A DNA stretch of 59,965 nt from an uncultured Lachnospiraceae bacterium. Lineage in GTDB: Bacteria > Bacillota > Clostridia > Oscillospirales > CAG-272. Position 1 is the first letter of the stretch; each line of letters opens with the position of its first letter. The stretch spans positions 1 through 59,965 of the forward strand of contig CAZCJU010000004.1 in assembly GCA_964498965.1 (NCBI GenBank), read 5' to 3'. This document shows, piece after piece, positions 37,538-47,653 of the stretch. Under the pieces are notes generated by a model. The model worked only from the letters and a program-made list of their open reading frames with translations, was not told the origin of the DNA and did not search any database. Both the position numbers and the translations under genes were made by a program.

Positions 37538-39196
37538 TTATTTCAAACTGCGGTTGATCGCCGAAAAAAGCGCATTTACGGAGGAGGCAATGATATCGTC
37601 GTGTATTCCGACTCCCCATACCATATCTCCGTTCGGTTCGGTAATGCTTACATACGTGATAGCCTGTGAGGACGAGCCTTTTGTCAGTGCGTGTTCCTCG
37701 TAAGTCAAATCGGTGAACGAAAAATCGAGGCTTTGCTTCAATGCGTTGCTCACGGCGTCAAGTCTACCGTTACCGCTTGCCGATATTTCTCTTATCTCTC
37801 CGTCTGTTTCGACGTGAAGCGTTACATTCATGACATTTGAACGAACGAAGCGATAATCCACGAGCTTAATACCGTCGTTTATGTTGACATATTCGTTTGT
37901 GAACGCTTCAAGCACCTGCCTCGGTGAAAGCTCCGCATGAGCGTGATCGGACACGCTTTTCACGGTATAGCCCACATCCTCGCGCATTTTCACGGGAAGT
38001 ACATATCCGAAGTTATGTTCAAGCAGATAACCGATACCGCCTTTTCCGGACTGGGAATTTATTCTTATAACATCAGTTTCGTATTCTCTGCCGACATCGG
38101 ACGGATCTATCGGAAGATACGGCACTGTCCATTTATCCGCATTTTTTTCTTCTCTGTACCGCATACCCTTTGCTATCGCATCTTGATGAGAACCGGAAAA
38201 TGCCGCAAAAACGAGCTTACCCGCATATGGCTGGCGATCGTACACCTGCATACCGGTAACACGCTCGTAAAGCTCCGTTATTTTCGGCATATGCGACAGC
38301 TCGAGCTTCGGATCCACTCCCTGTGAGTACATATTCAAGGCAAGCGTTACGATATCCGCATTTCCCGTTCTTTCGCCGTTACCGAAAAGAGTTCCCTCTA
38401 TCCTCTGTCCGCCGGCAAGTATGCCAAGCTCGGAATCGGCGACCGCACAGCCTCTGTCGTTATGCGGATGCAATGAGATCACCGTGTTTTCCCTGTATTT
38501 CAGGTTTTCGCACATATATTCGACCTGGTCGGCATAAACGTGCGGTGATGACAGTTCGACCGTAACGGGCAGGTTTATTATCGCCTTACGATCCTTTGTC
38601 GGTTTCCAAACATCAAGCACCGCATTGCATATCTCCAGTGCGAATTCGGGTTCCGTTCCGGTGAACGATTCCGGCGAATACTCATATCTATAGCTTGTAC
38701 CCGTTTCTTCGGCGATCTGCTCGAAAAGCCTTGCACCCGTCAACGCTATATCTATTATTTCTTCCTTGCTTTTTGCGAATACCTGCTGTCTTTGTGCGAC
38801 GGAGGTGGAATTGTAAAGATGAACTATTGCATTTTTACAACCGTGCAACGCTTCGAAGGTTTTTCTTATTATATGTTCCCTGCTTTGCGTAAGCACCTGC
38901 ACCGTCACATCGTCGGGAATCATATTTTCGTCTATAAGCGTTCTTAAAAATTTATATTCTGTTTCCGAAGCTGCGGGGAAACCGACCTCAATCTCCTTAA
39001 AGCCCACCTCTACGAGCAGCTTGAAAAATTCAAGCTTTTCCTCAAGGCTCATAGGCACGATGAGAGATTGATTTCCGTCCCTCAGATCCACGGAACACCA
39101 TATAGGTGCTTTTTCTATGTGCGTTTTTTCCGCCCATTTTCTTTTGGGCTTTTCTATCGGAAAAAACTGTAATTCGTATTTGTCTGTATTTTTCAT
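37538..39196 (-). CDS. leuA: 2-isopropylmalate synthase (yeast/actinobacterial type)
   Basis: PIWCSVDLRDGNQ, YSPESFTGTE, SLHPHNDRG, GNGERTGN, IRINSQSGKGG. Confidence 0.96.
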   Translation of the reverse strand: MKNTDKYELQFFPIEKPKRKWAEKTHIEKAPIWCSVDLRDGNQSLIVPMSLEEKLEFFKLLVEVGFKEIEVGFPAASETEYKFLRTLIDENMIPDDVTVQVLTQSREHIIRKTFEALHGCKNAIVHLYNSTSVAQRQQVFAKSKEEIIDIALTGARLFEQIAEETGTSYRYEYSPESFTGTEPEFALEICNAVLDVWKPTKDRKAIINLPVTVELSSPHVYADQVEYMCENLKYRENTVISLHPHNDRGCAVADSELGILAGGQRIEGTLFGNGERTGNADIVTLALNMYSQGVDPKLELSHMPKITELYERVTGMQVYDRQPYAGKLVFAAFSGSHQDAIAKGMRYREEKNADKWTVPYLPIDPSDVGREYETDVIRINSQSGKGGIGYLLEHNFGYVLPVKMREDVGYTVKSVSDHAHAELSPRQVLEAFTNEYVNINDGIKLVDYRFVRSNVMNVTLHVETDGEIREISASGNGRLDAVSNALKQSLDFSFTDLTYEEHALTKGSSSQAITYVSITEPNGDMVWGVGIHDDIIASSVNALFSAINRSLK

Positions 39197-39279
39197 ATTT
39201 CCTTTTTTGTTCAAGGCAAACAGCCCTCTCATATCCGTTCATACCGTTCGGAAAATGAAAGAGCCGCTTCAATCAACGC

Positions 39280-40869
39280 TTATTTTACGCCGTCATTCGA
39301 CAGCATACCACCCTCGGACAGCTTATATTCAAACGAATCGGTCAAAGCGATAAAGCTCGCTTCTATAACGTCGTAAGATACACCGACCGTCGTCCATGTT
39401 TTTTCTCCGTCGGTCGTTTCTATAAGGACACGTACCTTTGCCGCCGTCGTAGATCCCGAATCTATCACACGCACCTTAAAATCCACCAAGCACATTTCGC
39501 CGATCTGCGGATAAAACACGCTCAATGCGCGTCTGAGTGCCAAGTCAAGTGCGTTTACGGGACCGTTGCCGAGCGACGCACTCGTTTCCGTTGCTCCGTC
39601 AACCTCGACGACTATTAACGCACTTGCGGTCTGCCCACCCTCCGCCGACGGATAATCGTCTGTCGTTTTATAAAGCTTGACTTTAAATTTGGGAGAATAT
39701 TTATAAAATGTTTTCGCCAAAAGCAGTTGCAACGACGCATCTGCCGCTTCATAGTGGTAGCCGTAATGTTCCTTTTCCTTAAGTGCTTCCAATGCGACGG
39801 CAAGCTCGGGAGAATTTTTATCGACATTCGGCACAAAACGCCTTACCTTTTCAAGCAACGTGCCTCTGCCCGACATTTCCGAGAGCAAAAACTTTCTTTC
39901 GTTACCCACAAGCTCGGGATCGATGTGTTCAAAGCTCGACGAGCATTTTTTGACCGCATCTATATGCATTCCCGCCTTATGATTGAACGCACTTTTACCG
40001 ATATACGGCTTATTGCTTCGTATTCTCGTATTGGAAAGCTCCGATATCTCGTTTGCCGTTCTCTTGAGCTGCCGCATATCCTGCTTAAACTCGTACCCGC
40101 ATTTGAATTTCAAATTCGGTATTATGATCGACAGATCCGCATTGCCGCAACGTTCGCCGTTTCCGAGAAATGTACCCTGTATCTGTGTTGCCCCCGTCTG
40201 TGCGGCAATAACGGAATTCGCCGCAGCACAACCGATATCGTCGTGGAAATGCACCGCAATGCGTTTTTCGGGAAATTTTTCGCAAACGACTCTCGTTATT
40301 TTTTCCGCATTGAGCGGAAGCGTAGCTCCGTTCGTATCGCACAGACACAACACATCGGCACCCGCATTCGCCGCACATTCGAGAACTTTTATCGCATACT
40401 CCGGATTCGTATCATAACCGTCGAAAAAATGCTCCGCATCGAATATCACTTCCTTGCCGCATTTTTTCAAGTATGCCACGGTCGTTTCGATAAGCGTCAG
40501 GTTCTGCTCATCGCTTATGCGAAGCACGCTTTGCACTTGCTTTGAGGAAGCCTTTCCGAATATCGCAACGCACGTGGTATTCGCATTGACAAGTGCTTTT
40601 ATTCCGGAATCGTTTTCGGGTTCGATGCCGTAATGCACCGTACTTCCGAACGCACATAAGCGGGAATGTTTCAGTTCGATACTCTTCATTCGTTCGAAAT
40701 ATTCGGCATCCTTAGGATTTGAGGCGGGAAATCCCGCCTCTATATAATCGATATAAAAGCTGTCAAGTGCTTTTGTGATCTTGATCTTATCACTCACCGA
40801 AAAGGACATTCCCTCGCCTTGAGCGCCGTCGCGAAGCGTAGAGTCGTAAATTTCGATCGTTTTACTCAC
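39280..40869 (-). CDS. cimA: Citramalate synthase
   Basis: YDSTLRDGAQGEG, FDAEHFFDGY, LCDTNG, HKAGMH, GPVNALD.ALR, WTTVGVS. Confidence 0.93.
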   Translation of the reverse strand: MSKTIEIYDSTLRDGAQGEGMSFSVSDKIKITKALDSFYIDYIEAGFPASNPKDAEYFERMKSIELKHSRLCAFGSTVHYGIEPENDSGIKALVNANTTCVAIFGKASSKQVQSVLRISDEQNLTLIETTVAYLKKCGKEVIFDAEHFFDGYDTNPEYAIKVLECAANAGADVLCLCDTNGATLPLNAEKITRVVCEKFPEKRIAVHFHDDIGCAAANSVIAAQTGATQIQGTFLGNGERCGNADLSIIIPNLKFKCGYEFKQDMRQLKRTANEISELSNTRIRSNKPYIGKSAFNHKAGMHIDAVKKCSSSFEHIDPELVGNERKFLLSEMSGRGTLLEKVRRFVPNVDKNSPELAVALEALKEKEHYGYHYEAADASLQLLLAKTFYKYSPKFKVKLYKTTDDYPSAEGGQTASALIVVEVDGATETSASLGNGPVNALDLALRRALSVFYPQIGEMCLVDFKVRVIDSGSTTAAKVRVLIETTDGEKTWTTVGVSYDVIEASFIALTDSFEYKLSEGGMLSNDGVK

Positions 40870-42935
40870 CGTTTCTTTTTGTTAACAACGATCGCCGCTG
40901 TCGTTATTCCTCCGGCTACCGCAACTCCGGCAACTATAACTACGACCAGTACCGTCGTATTCGTTCTGCCGTCTGCACTTGTGCCGTCGGTGACCGTCGC
41001 CGTATCCGTTACGGGATCTACAGACGTGCCGGGCTGTGCCGTGATGTCGCCGGTAAATGCGAACATAAATCTCGCACCGGGAGCAACGTCGCCGTTGGTG
41101 TAAAAGTCCATGATATCGCCGTCCGTCTGCATATTATCGGACCACTTGAAATTAAATTCAAGACTGTTTTCAAGTCCGAGTGCGGAACGAGGAACGGCTA
41201 TTTGAAGCACATTACCAGATACGGAGTAATCGACATCGGCAGCCTTTTCCCAATTCCAGCCACCGGTCGAGCGTTCGAGCGTCGCTTTTTCACCGGGATT
41301 GACACGGTTGATAACGTATTCGTATTCCTCCCAGTCAACACTGTCGGCTGTAGCCTTTTGAGTATCTATAAACAAACGCATCCACGCATTGTCCGTTGAC
41401 GGCGAAAGCTCGTCCACGGTACGTACATAGAAATATATGTTATCGTTATCGTATGCAACACGTGCCTGAACGATATCGTTTCTCATCGTTTCGTTCGTAT
41501 ATTTGATTCCGCCGTAGCCTCTGTTCGAACGGTCGTAAGTGTTATTTATATAGTGATTAAATATAGCGACACTATCGAAATCCCACTGCGACACATCGCC
41601 CTTTACGTCGATGGTCTTTGCCGAAGCATAAACGCTCGGAGCCGTCACGCCTTTGTATCTTCTTATGTTGGATACGAGCTGATTGTAATAGTGGTCCTTC
41701 AGATCGCCCTTTGTCGGTTCGCAGTCACGTGAGTTTTCGTCATCGAACTGGTCGGGGAAAGCGTTTTCGAGGCTCGTCACCTGATCCGGCGGCCAATAAT
41801 TATGTCTGCCCGCAGTCCACTCGTTCCAGCCCGTAACGAATATTATTTCCGGATCTACCGATATTGCGTAATCCCACTGCTGTTGGAAGTTACGTCCGTA
41901 CAGCTTCGAATCGGATATGTTCGCATCGACCGTCACGGTTTTATCTCTGTACGTGTACGAATAAGAATAATCGCCTTTGGCATAGCTTCTTCCCATGTTG
42001 TTCGGACCGTTCATCGGCTGTATTATTCCAAGCTCGTAGTTATGATTAAGTGCGACGCCGACCGTCGTCATTTCGACGCCCCTACCTCTGTTTTTTGTAT
42101 ACAATGCCTGCGGATATACGTGCAACCAGCCCCAATAATCATTGGTCTTATCCGTTCCCACATAGCTGGCCACATTCGCACGCCATGTAAAGTAATCGTA
42201 TTCCTCGTCGCTTTTTGAGAGGCAACTCTTGTAGCCGATCATAAGCGGCTTGCCGTCAAGGCAAAACCACATATCTGCATACTTTTCTTTGGTATAAAAT
42301 TTCTTATAGATGTTTTTTACCGAAGTCTTGGAAGTGGATTGTTCGCCGAAATTGAGCATAAACGTCACCTGAGGCACGTCTACGCCGTCGTTTTTCGCTT
42401 CAAGCCACGTATCGAGAAGTTTTTTTGTAGCTCCGTCCCACGTAAAGCTGCCGTTTGTACAGTCGAAAGCGACAAAATCGACATCGGCATCCGCCAAAAG
42501 CTCCGCCTGTTTACGCAGTACGTATGCGTCCGCTCCCGAATAATAGCCGTAGATAGGCTCGTTCCAGAAAAACGCACCCGTGCAGTCTTCCCATGCCGGA
42601 TTATCGTAATCGTTTATCGCATCCGGGTGAAGTGCGGAAAATTCCGTAAGATTCGTGACCTTACCGCTTGACATAAGCTCTTGATGCCATGTCCAGTAGA
42701 AAACGCCGACGGTCTTATCCTTTTTGTCACCCGCTTCACTGTAGGTGGTAAGCTCTCTGCCGAGACCGTCCACACCGACCCATTGAGTGGGATCGACTTT
42801 GCCGGCAATATCGGCTTGCTTTACCTCTTCCTCCGTATTATCCGCCAGTGCCGAAAACGCAAGCGGCGATAGCAGCATCAAAGCGGAAAGCAATGCGGAA
42901 ATGCCTTTACACACTCTTTTCATTTTGTTCTCCAT
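40866..42935 (-). CDS. Secreted, membrane-anchored GH99-like glycoside hydrolase with a C-terminal beta domain
   Basis: Signal peptide; W.GVDGLGR, VGVFYWTWH, FFWNEPIYGYY, LADADVDFVAFDCTNG, VTGWNEW, SRDCEP; TM plus KKKR tail. Confidence 0.72.
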   Translation of the reverse strand: MENKMKRVCKGISALLSALMLLSPLAFSALADNTEEEVKQADIAGKVDPTQWVGVDGLGRELTTYSEAGDKKDKTVGVFYWTWHQELMSSGKVTNLTEFSALHPDAINDYDNPAWEDCTGAFFWNEPIYGYYSGADAYVLRKQAELLADADVDFVAFDCTNGSFTWDGATKKLLDTWLEAKNDGVDVPQVTFMLNFGEQSTSKTSVKNIYKKFYTKEKYADMWFCLDGKPLMIGYKSCLSKSDEEYDYFTWRANVASYVGTDKTNDYWGWLHVYPQALYTKNRGRGVEMTTVGVALNHNYELGIIQPMNGPNNMGRSYAKGDYSYSYTYRDKTVTVDANISDSKLYGRNFQQQWDYAISVDPEIIFVTGWNEWTAGRHNYWPPDQVTSLENAFPDQFDDENSRDCEPTKGDLKDHYYNQLVSNIRRYKGVTAPSVYASAKTIDVKGDVSQWDFDSVAIFNHYINNTYDRSNRGYGGIKYTNETMRNDIVQARVAYDNDNIYFYVRTVDELSPSTDNAWMRLFIDTQKATADSVDWEEYEYVINRVNPGEKATLERSTGGWNWEKAADVDYSVSGNVLQIAVPRSALGLENSLEFNFKWSDNMQTDGDIMDFYTNGDVAPGARFMFAFTGDITAQPGTSVDPVTDTATVTDGTSADGRTNTTVLVVVIVAGVAVAGGITTAAIVVNKKKR

Positions 42936-42997
42936 GCCTTTCGAATTACTTTAGTTTTATAACGCTACGGCGTTCGCCGTATTTTTTCGTTTTGAAT

Positions 42998-43837
42998 TTA
43001 TTTCGTGCGTGCAACGTTTTTGACATACACTCCGCCTCTGTTATTGCTCCACAGTCTGCAATATCCGCCGAAATACGTTTCGCTGTCCGTTTCGAGGCAG
43101 TCGCATATTTGTGCGAATCCGTCGGCGTATGAGTAAACATCGATTTTTCCGCTGCCGAATACGAGCCTGTACAGCTCCGTTTTTTCACCGTTATCGGAAT
43201 ACACGCTTACCTTTACCATATTTTCGCTCTGTATATCCTCTATGCACACACGTCGAAACTTTTCCGTAAACGAGTACGGCAACGTGTACTGTTTAAGCCC
43301 GTCAAGTCCCGCCGAATATTTAACGGCAAGTGTGTTTTCTTTTATGCCGAGCCATATTCCGTCATTTTCCTCCGCAGTTCCCGTTTCAAAGTACACTCTC
43401 AGTCCGACAAAAAGCGTATTTTGCGGCTTATTGTATTCCTCGTTTTCATTTTTCGGTGTATAAAGTTCGAATTCCAATGCGTATGTTTTTTCGTCGTTAA
43501 GCTCGTGCTTATTTACCAAATTGAAGCCGCCGCCGTCCTTATTCGCACCGACATAAGTACCGAAATACAGCGGAGTATTCCAACCGGTAAGCACCCAATC
43601 CTCATCGTCTGCCATTATTTGCTCCGTCATATCGGCAAAGTACCATTTTTCGTCATAGGTGACCTCATTGTCCGTATCGATGCTTTTTGTTTCACTCCCG
43701 GCGTTTTCGAGTGCAACGCTTTCCGAACCTGTATCACCGGTCATTTTTTCGGTTTCGCACACCGTCTTTTCACAGCCGCAAAAGCCGAGCAGGAGCAAAA
43801 ACGCAAGCGGCACCGCACCGAATTTCAATATATTCAT
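42998..43837 (-). CDS. Lipoprotein of unknown function
   Basis: Lipobox LGFCGC, SD AAGG, beta-rich aromatic domain. Confidence 0.6.
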   Translation of the reverse strand: MNILKFGAVPLAFLLLLGFCGCEKTVCETEKMTGDTGSESVALENAGSETKSIDTDNEVTYDEKWYFADMTEQIMADDEDWVLTGWNTPLYFGTYVGANKDGGGFNLVNKHELNDEKTYALEFELYTPKNENEEYNKPQNTLFVGLRVYFETGTAEENDGIWLGIKENTLAVKYSAGLDGLKQYTLPYSFTEKFRRVCIEDIQSENMVKVSVYSDNGEKTELYRLVFGSGKIDVYSYADGFAQICDCLETDSETYFGGYCRLWSNNRGGVYVKNVARTK

Positions 43838-43966
43838 TTTTTTAACTGCCTTTTTAAGGTATATCGGATATATCGGAAAATTCCGTCCTAACATACGCAG
43901 TATATCATATTATTTTCATTTTGTAAACCTGTTTTTCGCCGATAAATAAAAATTTTACAAAATTCC

Positions 43967-45244
43967 TCATTTGACCTTTACTTTTTTGCTTAATAACACG
44001 AGGCACGTTGTATTGAAAAGCGTCAAAAGGCATGTGAACAGATCGGAAAGCTCCCATACGCTTTGCGAGGAAGTCAACGCACCGAAAAAAACGCACGCAC
44101 AGTACAGGAAAAGATAGAATTTTTCCGCTTTTTCGCTTTTTGTCAGATAATTCAAGCACACCGTACCGTAATAGGATTGGCATACGACGGTGGCAAATGC
44201 GAAAAACGCCGTTGCCGCAGTTATAAAGTGCTTGCTTATTTTCGGATAAAACACGGAATACGCAGCGGACGTTATCAGCACCCCGTCATACGTATCGGTA
44301 TCGACTCCCGAAAGCAATATCACAAAGGCTGTGAGCGTACACATCAAAAGCGTATCGACCGTCACCTCCAGCATACCTATAGCACCCTGCCTTGACGGGC
44401 ATGAAGTATCGGCACAGGCGTGCGATATAGATGCCGTACCGGCTCCCGCCTCATGCGAAAGCACACCCTTCGCCACTCCGTGCTTCATTGCGGAGGCGAC
44501 GGAATGGCCGCAAACGCCGCCTGTGGCGGCTTTGAGATCGAATGCCCGAAAAATTACCGTTTTTATCGCATTCGGCAGCTCGCTGCGGCATCGAAGCACC
44601 GCACAAAGCGACATGAGAAAAAATATTCCCGTCACGGCGGGTATCATTTTTTCGGTAAAATGCGATATCGAGCCTATACCGCACTTAACTATAACGAAAC
44701 ACAGCACGGCAAAGATCGCACCCGTAACGGCACACGGCGTACCGTAGGCGTTTTCCAACGCGATCGATGCCGAACGCACCTGAACGATCGGAGCGGACAC
44801 GAGCGACGAGGTGAGGCACAAGCATGAAAATATCGCAGCGGGAACGGGCGAGCCGAAACATTTTTTCATATAATACATCGGTCCGCCTATGTAATTTTCC
44901 CCTTTCACGGTCCTATACTCCACGGCGAGATAAGTTTCGGCATATTTCAGGCTAAGACAGCATATCGCACTTATCCACATCCAAAACACAGCACCCTCTC
45001 CGCCCAAGGCGACAGCCGCCGCAACTCCCGCAATATTTCCCACACCGAGAGTACCCGCCAAGGATACGGTAAGGGCGGAAAAGGGTGATATCCCGTCGTT
45101 TTTTTCCTTAATAAACGGTTTTTTCAGCACGCATGCAAGCACTTTCGGGTTGAAGAATTTCAGCCTTACCGAAAAATATATTCCGCACACAATAACGAAA
45201 ACGACAAGAACGGGAAGTAAGATATATTCGTTTACAAGCTTCAT
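43967..45244 (-). CDS. Alanine/glycine:cation symporter (AlsT/AgcS family)
   Basis: GISPFSAL..SLAGTLGVGNIAGVA.A...GG.GAVFWMW, GGPMYY, SHEAG.G, DTLLMCTLT. Confidence 0.92.
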   Translation of the reverse strand: MKLVNEYILLPVLVVFVIVCGIYFSVRLKFFNPKVLACVLKKPFIKEKNDGISPFSALTVSLAGTLGVGNIAGVAAAVALGGEGAVFWMWISAICCLSLKYAETYLAVEYRTVKGENYIGGPMYYMKKCFGSPVPAAIFSCLCLTSSLVSAPIVQVRSASIALENAYGTPCAVTGAIFAVLCFVIVKCGIGSISHFTEKMIPAVTGIFFLMSLCAVLRCRSELPNAIKTVIFRAFDLKAATGGVCGHSVASAMKHGVAKGVLSHEAGAGTASISHACADTSCPSRQGAIGMLEVTVDTLLMCTLTAFVILLSGVDTDTYDGVLITSAAYSVFYPKISKHFITAATAFFAFATVVCQSYYGTVCLNYLTKSEKAEKFYLFLYCACVFFGALTSSQSVWELSDLFTCLLTLFNTTCLVLLSKKVKVK

Positions 45245-45280
45245 GATAAAGAATATTATTTCTTCTCGTCTTTTATTCGT

Positions 45281-47524
45281 TTATTTTTCCGACAGCATTA
45301 TGATATCCGTATCACCTCTTATTATTTCCTCGCAACCGCTTTTCATAATGCTTTCGTATTCGTTTCCCGCAAGCTCGTCCCTTAAGTACTGCGTGATGTA
45401 CGTTTTCCCGACGTTGTGCAACATAACGAACGGAACTTTATCGGAGGTGACCGAGCCGTATATAACCTCGGTATTTTCGTCCGCGAGCTTTTTTACCGCA
45501 CTTACCGCACCGAAGCTCGGATAAGGAATATAAAGAAGCTTTTTTCCGTTTTGTATGTACAGAGGAGCAAGCCTTTCTCCGTCGAGTGTATACGTGCCGC
45601 ACAGCGATATTTCCGTTTCCGAGTCGGAAAGCCGGGTGTTCCCGGACGGAAAATATTTTATCAGCCTCGCACCGCACGCTTCCGCATATTTTTCGAATTC
45701 TGCTTCCGTATCGTCATTCTCACCGTGCACATCGGGAATATACAAGCTGTCGAGCGACAGCTGTGAGCAAATATATCTCACGCTGTTTACATTGTTATCG
45801 TTCGTTCTTGCGACAACGTATGAATCGAGTTTTGTTATTCCCTTTTTTCTCAGCATTTCGGTAATTCGGCTCAGCTGTGTCACATCTTCGCCCGTGCCGT
45901 AGTCGCATATTATCGCTTTTTGCTCGAAAACCGCACAGATAATATCGCCGTTGTCGGTACATTTAGTAATGACGTAGCTTTCGGATGAGTAAAAGGAGTT
46001 CGCAACACATGCAAGCACGATATAAACGACAAGGCTCACGCACAAACAACGGATATACCTGCCATATGAGGCTTTTTTGATCACCAACACACCCGTTACC
46101 ACCGCCGTTGCCGCCAAAAAGAACGGTGTGAAAAAGTAGTCAAGCGAAACGGAGATATCGGAAAACGACATACAGAATCGAGCCGTACTCACGGTAAACC
46201 CGGCAAACGCTTCGCAGACCGTACCCGCAAGCATTGCGACGGGTTCGCAAAACGAAAAGGCGACGAAAAGCGGTGCCAAGCACAAAGTCGCCGTAACAGA
46301 CGGGGACAAAAGCAAGGTCGTAACGGTTGAAAACGGGTAAAAGCTTCCGTAATACAGTGCGAGCGGAACGATAACGCCAAGCGATGCACATAGCGACACT
46401 GCGACAGCCGAGGCGACGGAATAGAGCAGCTTGTCCCAAAACGGCGGCAAATCCTTTCCGCTCATATATCTTTTCAACGATTTTATAATCGGCGAAGCAA
46501 AGACCACTATTCCGAATGTCGCACTCAGCGAAAACACCAATCCTATATCCGCATAAGCATACGGCTCGAAAAGAAGTATGATATGTGCGGCAAACGACAA
46601 TGATGTCAGGCTGTCCGGCGTTTGACCGCCGAAAAACGAAAGGAGAAACAATGCGTACATTATTCCGGCACGTGTCACGGACAACGAGGCACCTGTGAAA
46701 AGAACGTACGACACGGTAAGTAAAAGCAGCACTGCGTGCTTCACCCGTCCTATCGGCAAAGCGTGTGTCAGCAGCGTACCGACAAGTGCCAGCACAGCCG
46801 CAAGGTGCATACCGGACACGGCACAGATATGCGATGTTCCGGTCCTCTTAAAGCAAGCGTACACATCGTTCGGTATCGCATTTTTATCGCCGAAAGCAAG
46901 CCCCGAAACAAATCCTGCCTGCTCACCGCAAAATTTTTCGGCACACCTCACCGCATAGCTTCTCATTTTATAAAAAAATGCGAAAACACCGTTTACCTTT
47001 TCTCCCGTTGCCGTATGTTCGCCGGAGCATACGACGAGAATGCCCTTAGCCTTATAATAAGCGGTGTTTTCCGCATATTCGGAAATATCCTTTACCGTTC
47101 CGTACAAGGTAAAGCGACGGTAACATTCGTTAAACCCCGTGTCCGAGTTGACGGCACATTTTATTTTTTTGCCGTTTTCGAGCAGGAGGTATCCCTCGCT
47201 TCTGTCGGTCAGATACACCGTAAGCTCTTCATCGCTGTCGTTGAGAGCGTTTTGAGAGGCTTTGACATAGTATTCGCCGTAGGCAAACGACGAAAATGCC
47301 ATTGAGCCGCACATCACGAGTGTCATTATGTAGACCCGAGCGGAATATTCGCCGAAAAATCCTCTGCCTATGTTTTTTCCGAAAAAACAAACGATGCCCG
47401 CAGCGATAAAGCACACAGTCGAAGCTACGAGCCTTATCGTCGCAGGCACCAAAGAGCATATCGATAAAATGAGTAACGAGCAAAACGAGCCGAACATTAT
47501 CGGGCGGTGCTTAAATAGATACAT
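45281..47524 (-). CDS. comEC: ComEC/Rec2 competence protein with a degenerate metallo-beta-lactamase domain
   Basis: F..TGTSHICAVSGMH, S..RAGIM, G...S.SATFGI; the C-terminal MBL-like region lacks HxHxDH. Confidence 0.88.
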   Translation of the reverse strand: MYLFKHRPIMFGSFCSLLILSICSLVPATIRLVASTVCFIAAGIVCFFGKNIGRGFFGEYSARVYIMTLVMCGSMAFSSFAYGEYYVKASQNALNDSDEELTVYLTDRSEGYLLLENGKKIKCAVNSDTGFNECYRRFTLYGTVKDISEYAENTAYYKAKGILVVCSGEHTATGEKVNGVFAFFYKMRSYAVRCAEKFCGEQAGFVSGLAFGDKNAIPNDVYACFKRTGTSHICAVSGMHLAAVLALVGTLLTHALPIGRVKHAVLLLLTVSYVLFTGASLSVTRAGIMYALFLLSFFGGQTPDSLTSLSFAAHIILLFEPYAYADIGLVFSLSATFGIVVFASPIIKSLKRYMSGKDLPPFWDKLLYSVASAVAVSLCASLGVIVPLALYYGSFYPFSTVTTLLLSPSVTATLCLAPLFVAFSFCEPVAMLAGTVCEAFAGFTVSTARFCMSFSDISVSLDYFFTPFFLAATAVVTGVLVIKKASYGRYIRCLCVSLVVYIVLACVANSFYSSESYVITKCTDNGDIICAVFEQKAIICDYGTGEDVTQLSRITEMLRKKGITKLDSYVVARTNDNNVNSVRYICSQLSLDSLYIPDVHGENDDTEAEFEKYAEACGARLIKYFPSGNTRLSDSETEISLCGTYTLDGERLAPLYIQNGKKLLYIPYPSFGAVSAVKKLADENTEVIYGSVTSDKVPFVMLHNVGKTYITQYLRDELAGNEYESIMKSGCEEIIRGDTDIIMLSEK

Positions 47525-47653
47525 TTTTCTCTCCGTTAAGTATGGATTACCGTGGATCGCCGTAGAAATATTACCATATTTCCGTCGTTTTGTCAATGCC
47601 CGTTTATCTCATAAGTTCGCAATAAATCATCTAATCCTTAATCCTGTCCGAAT

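Noticed and set aside
36185-37669. 494-aa plus-strand ORF
   Set aside because: Antisense shadow of leuC.
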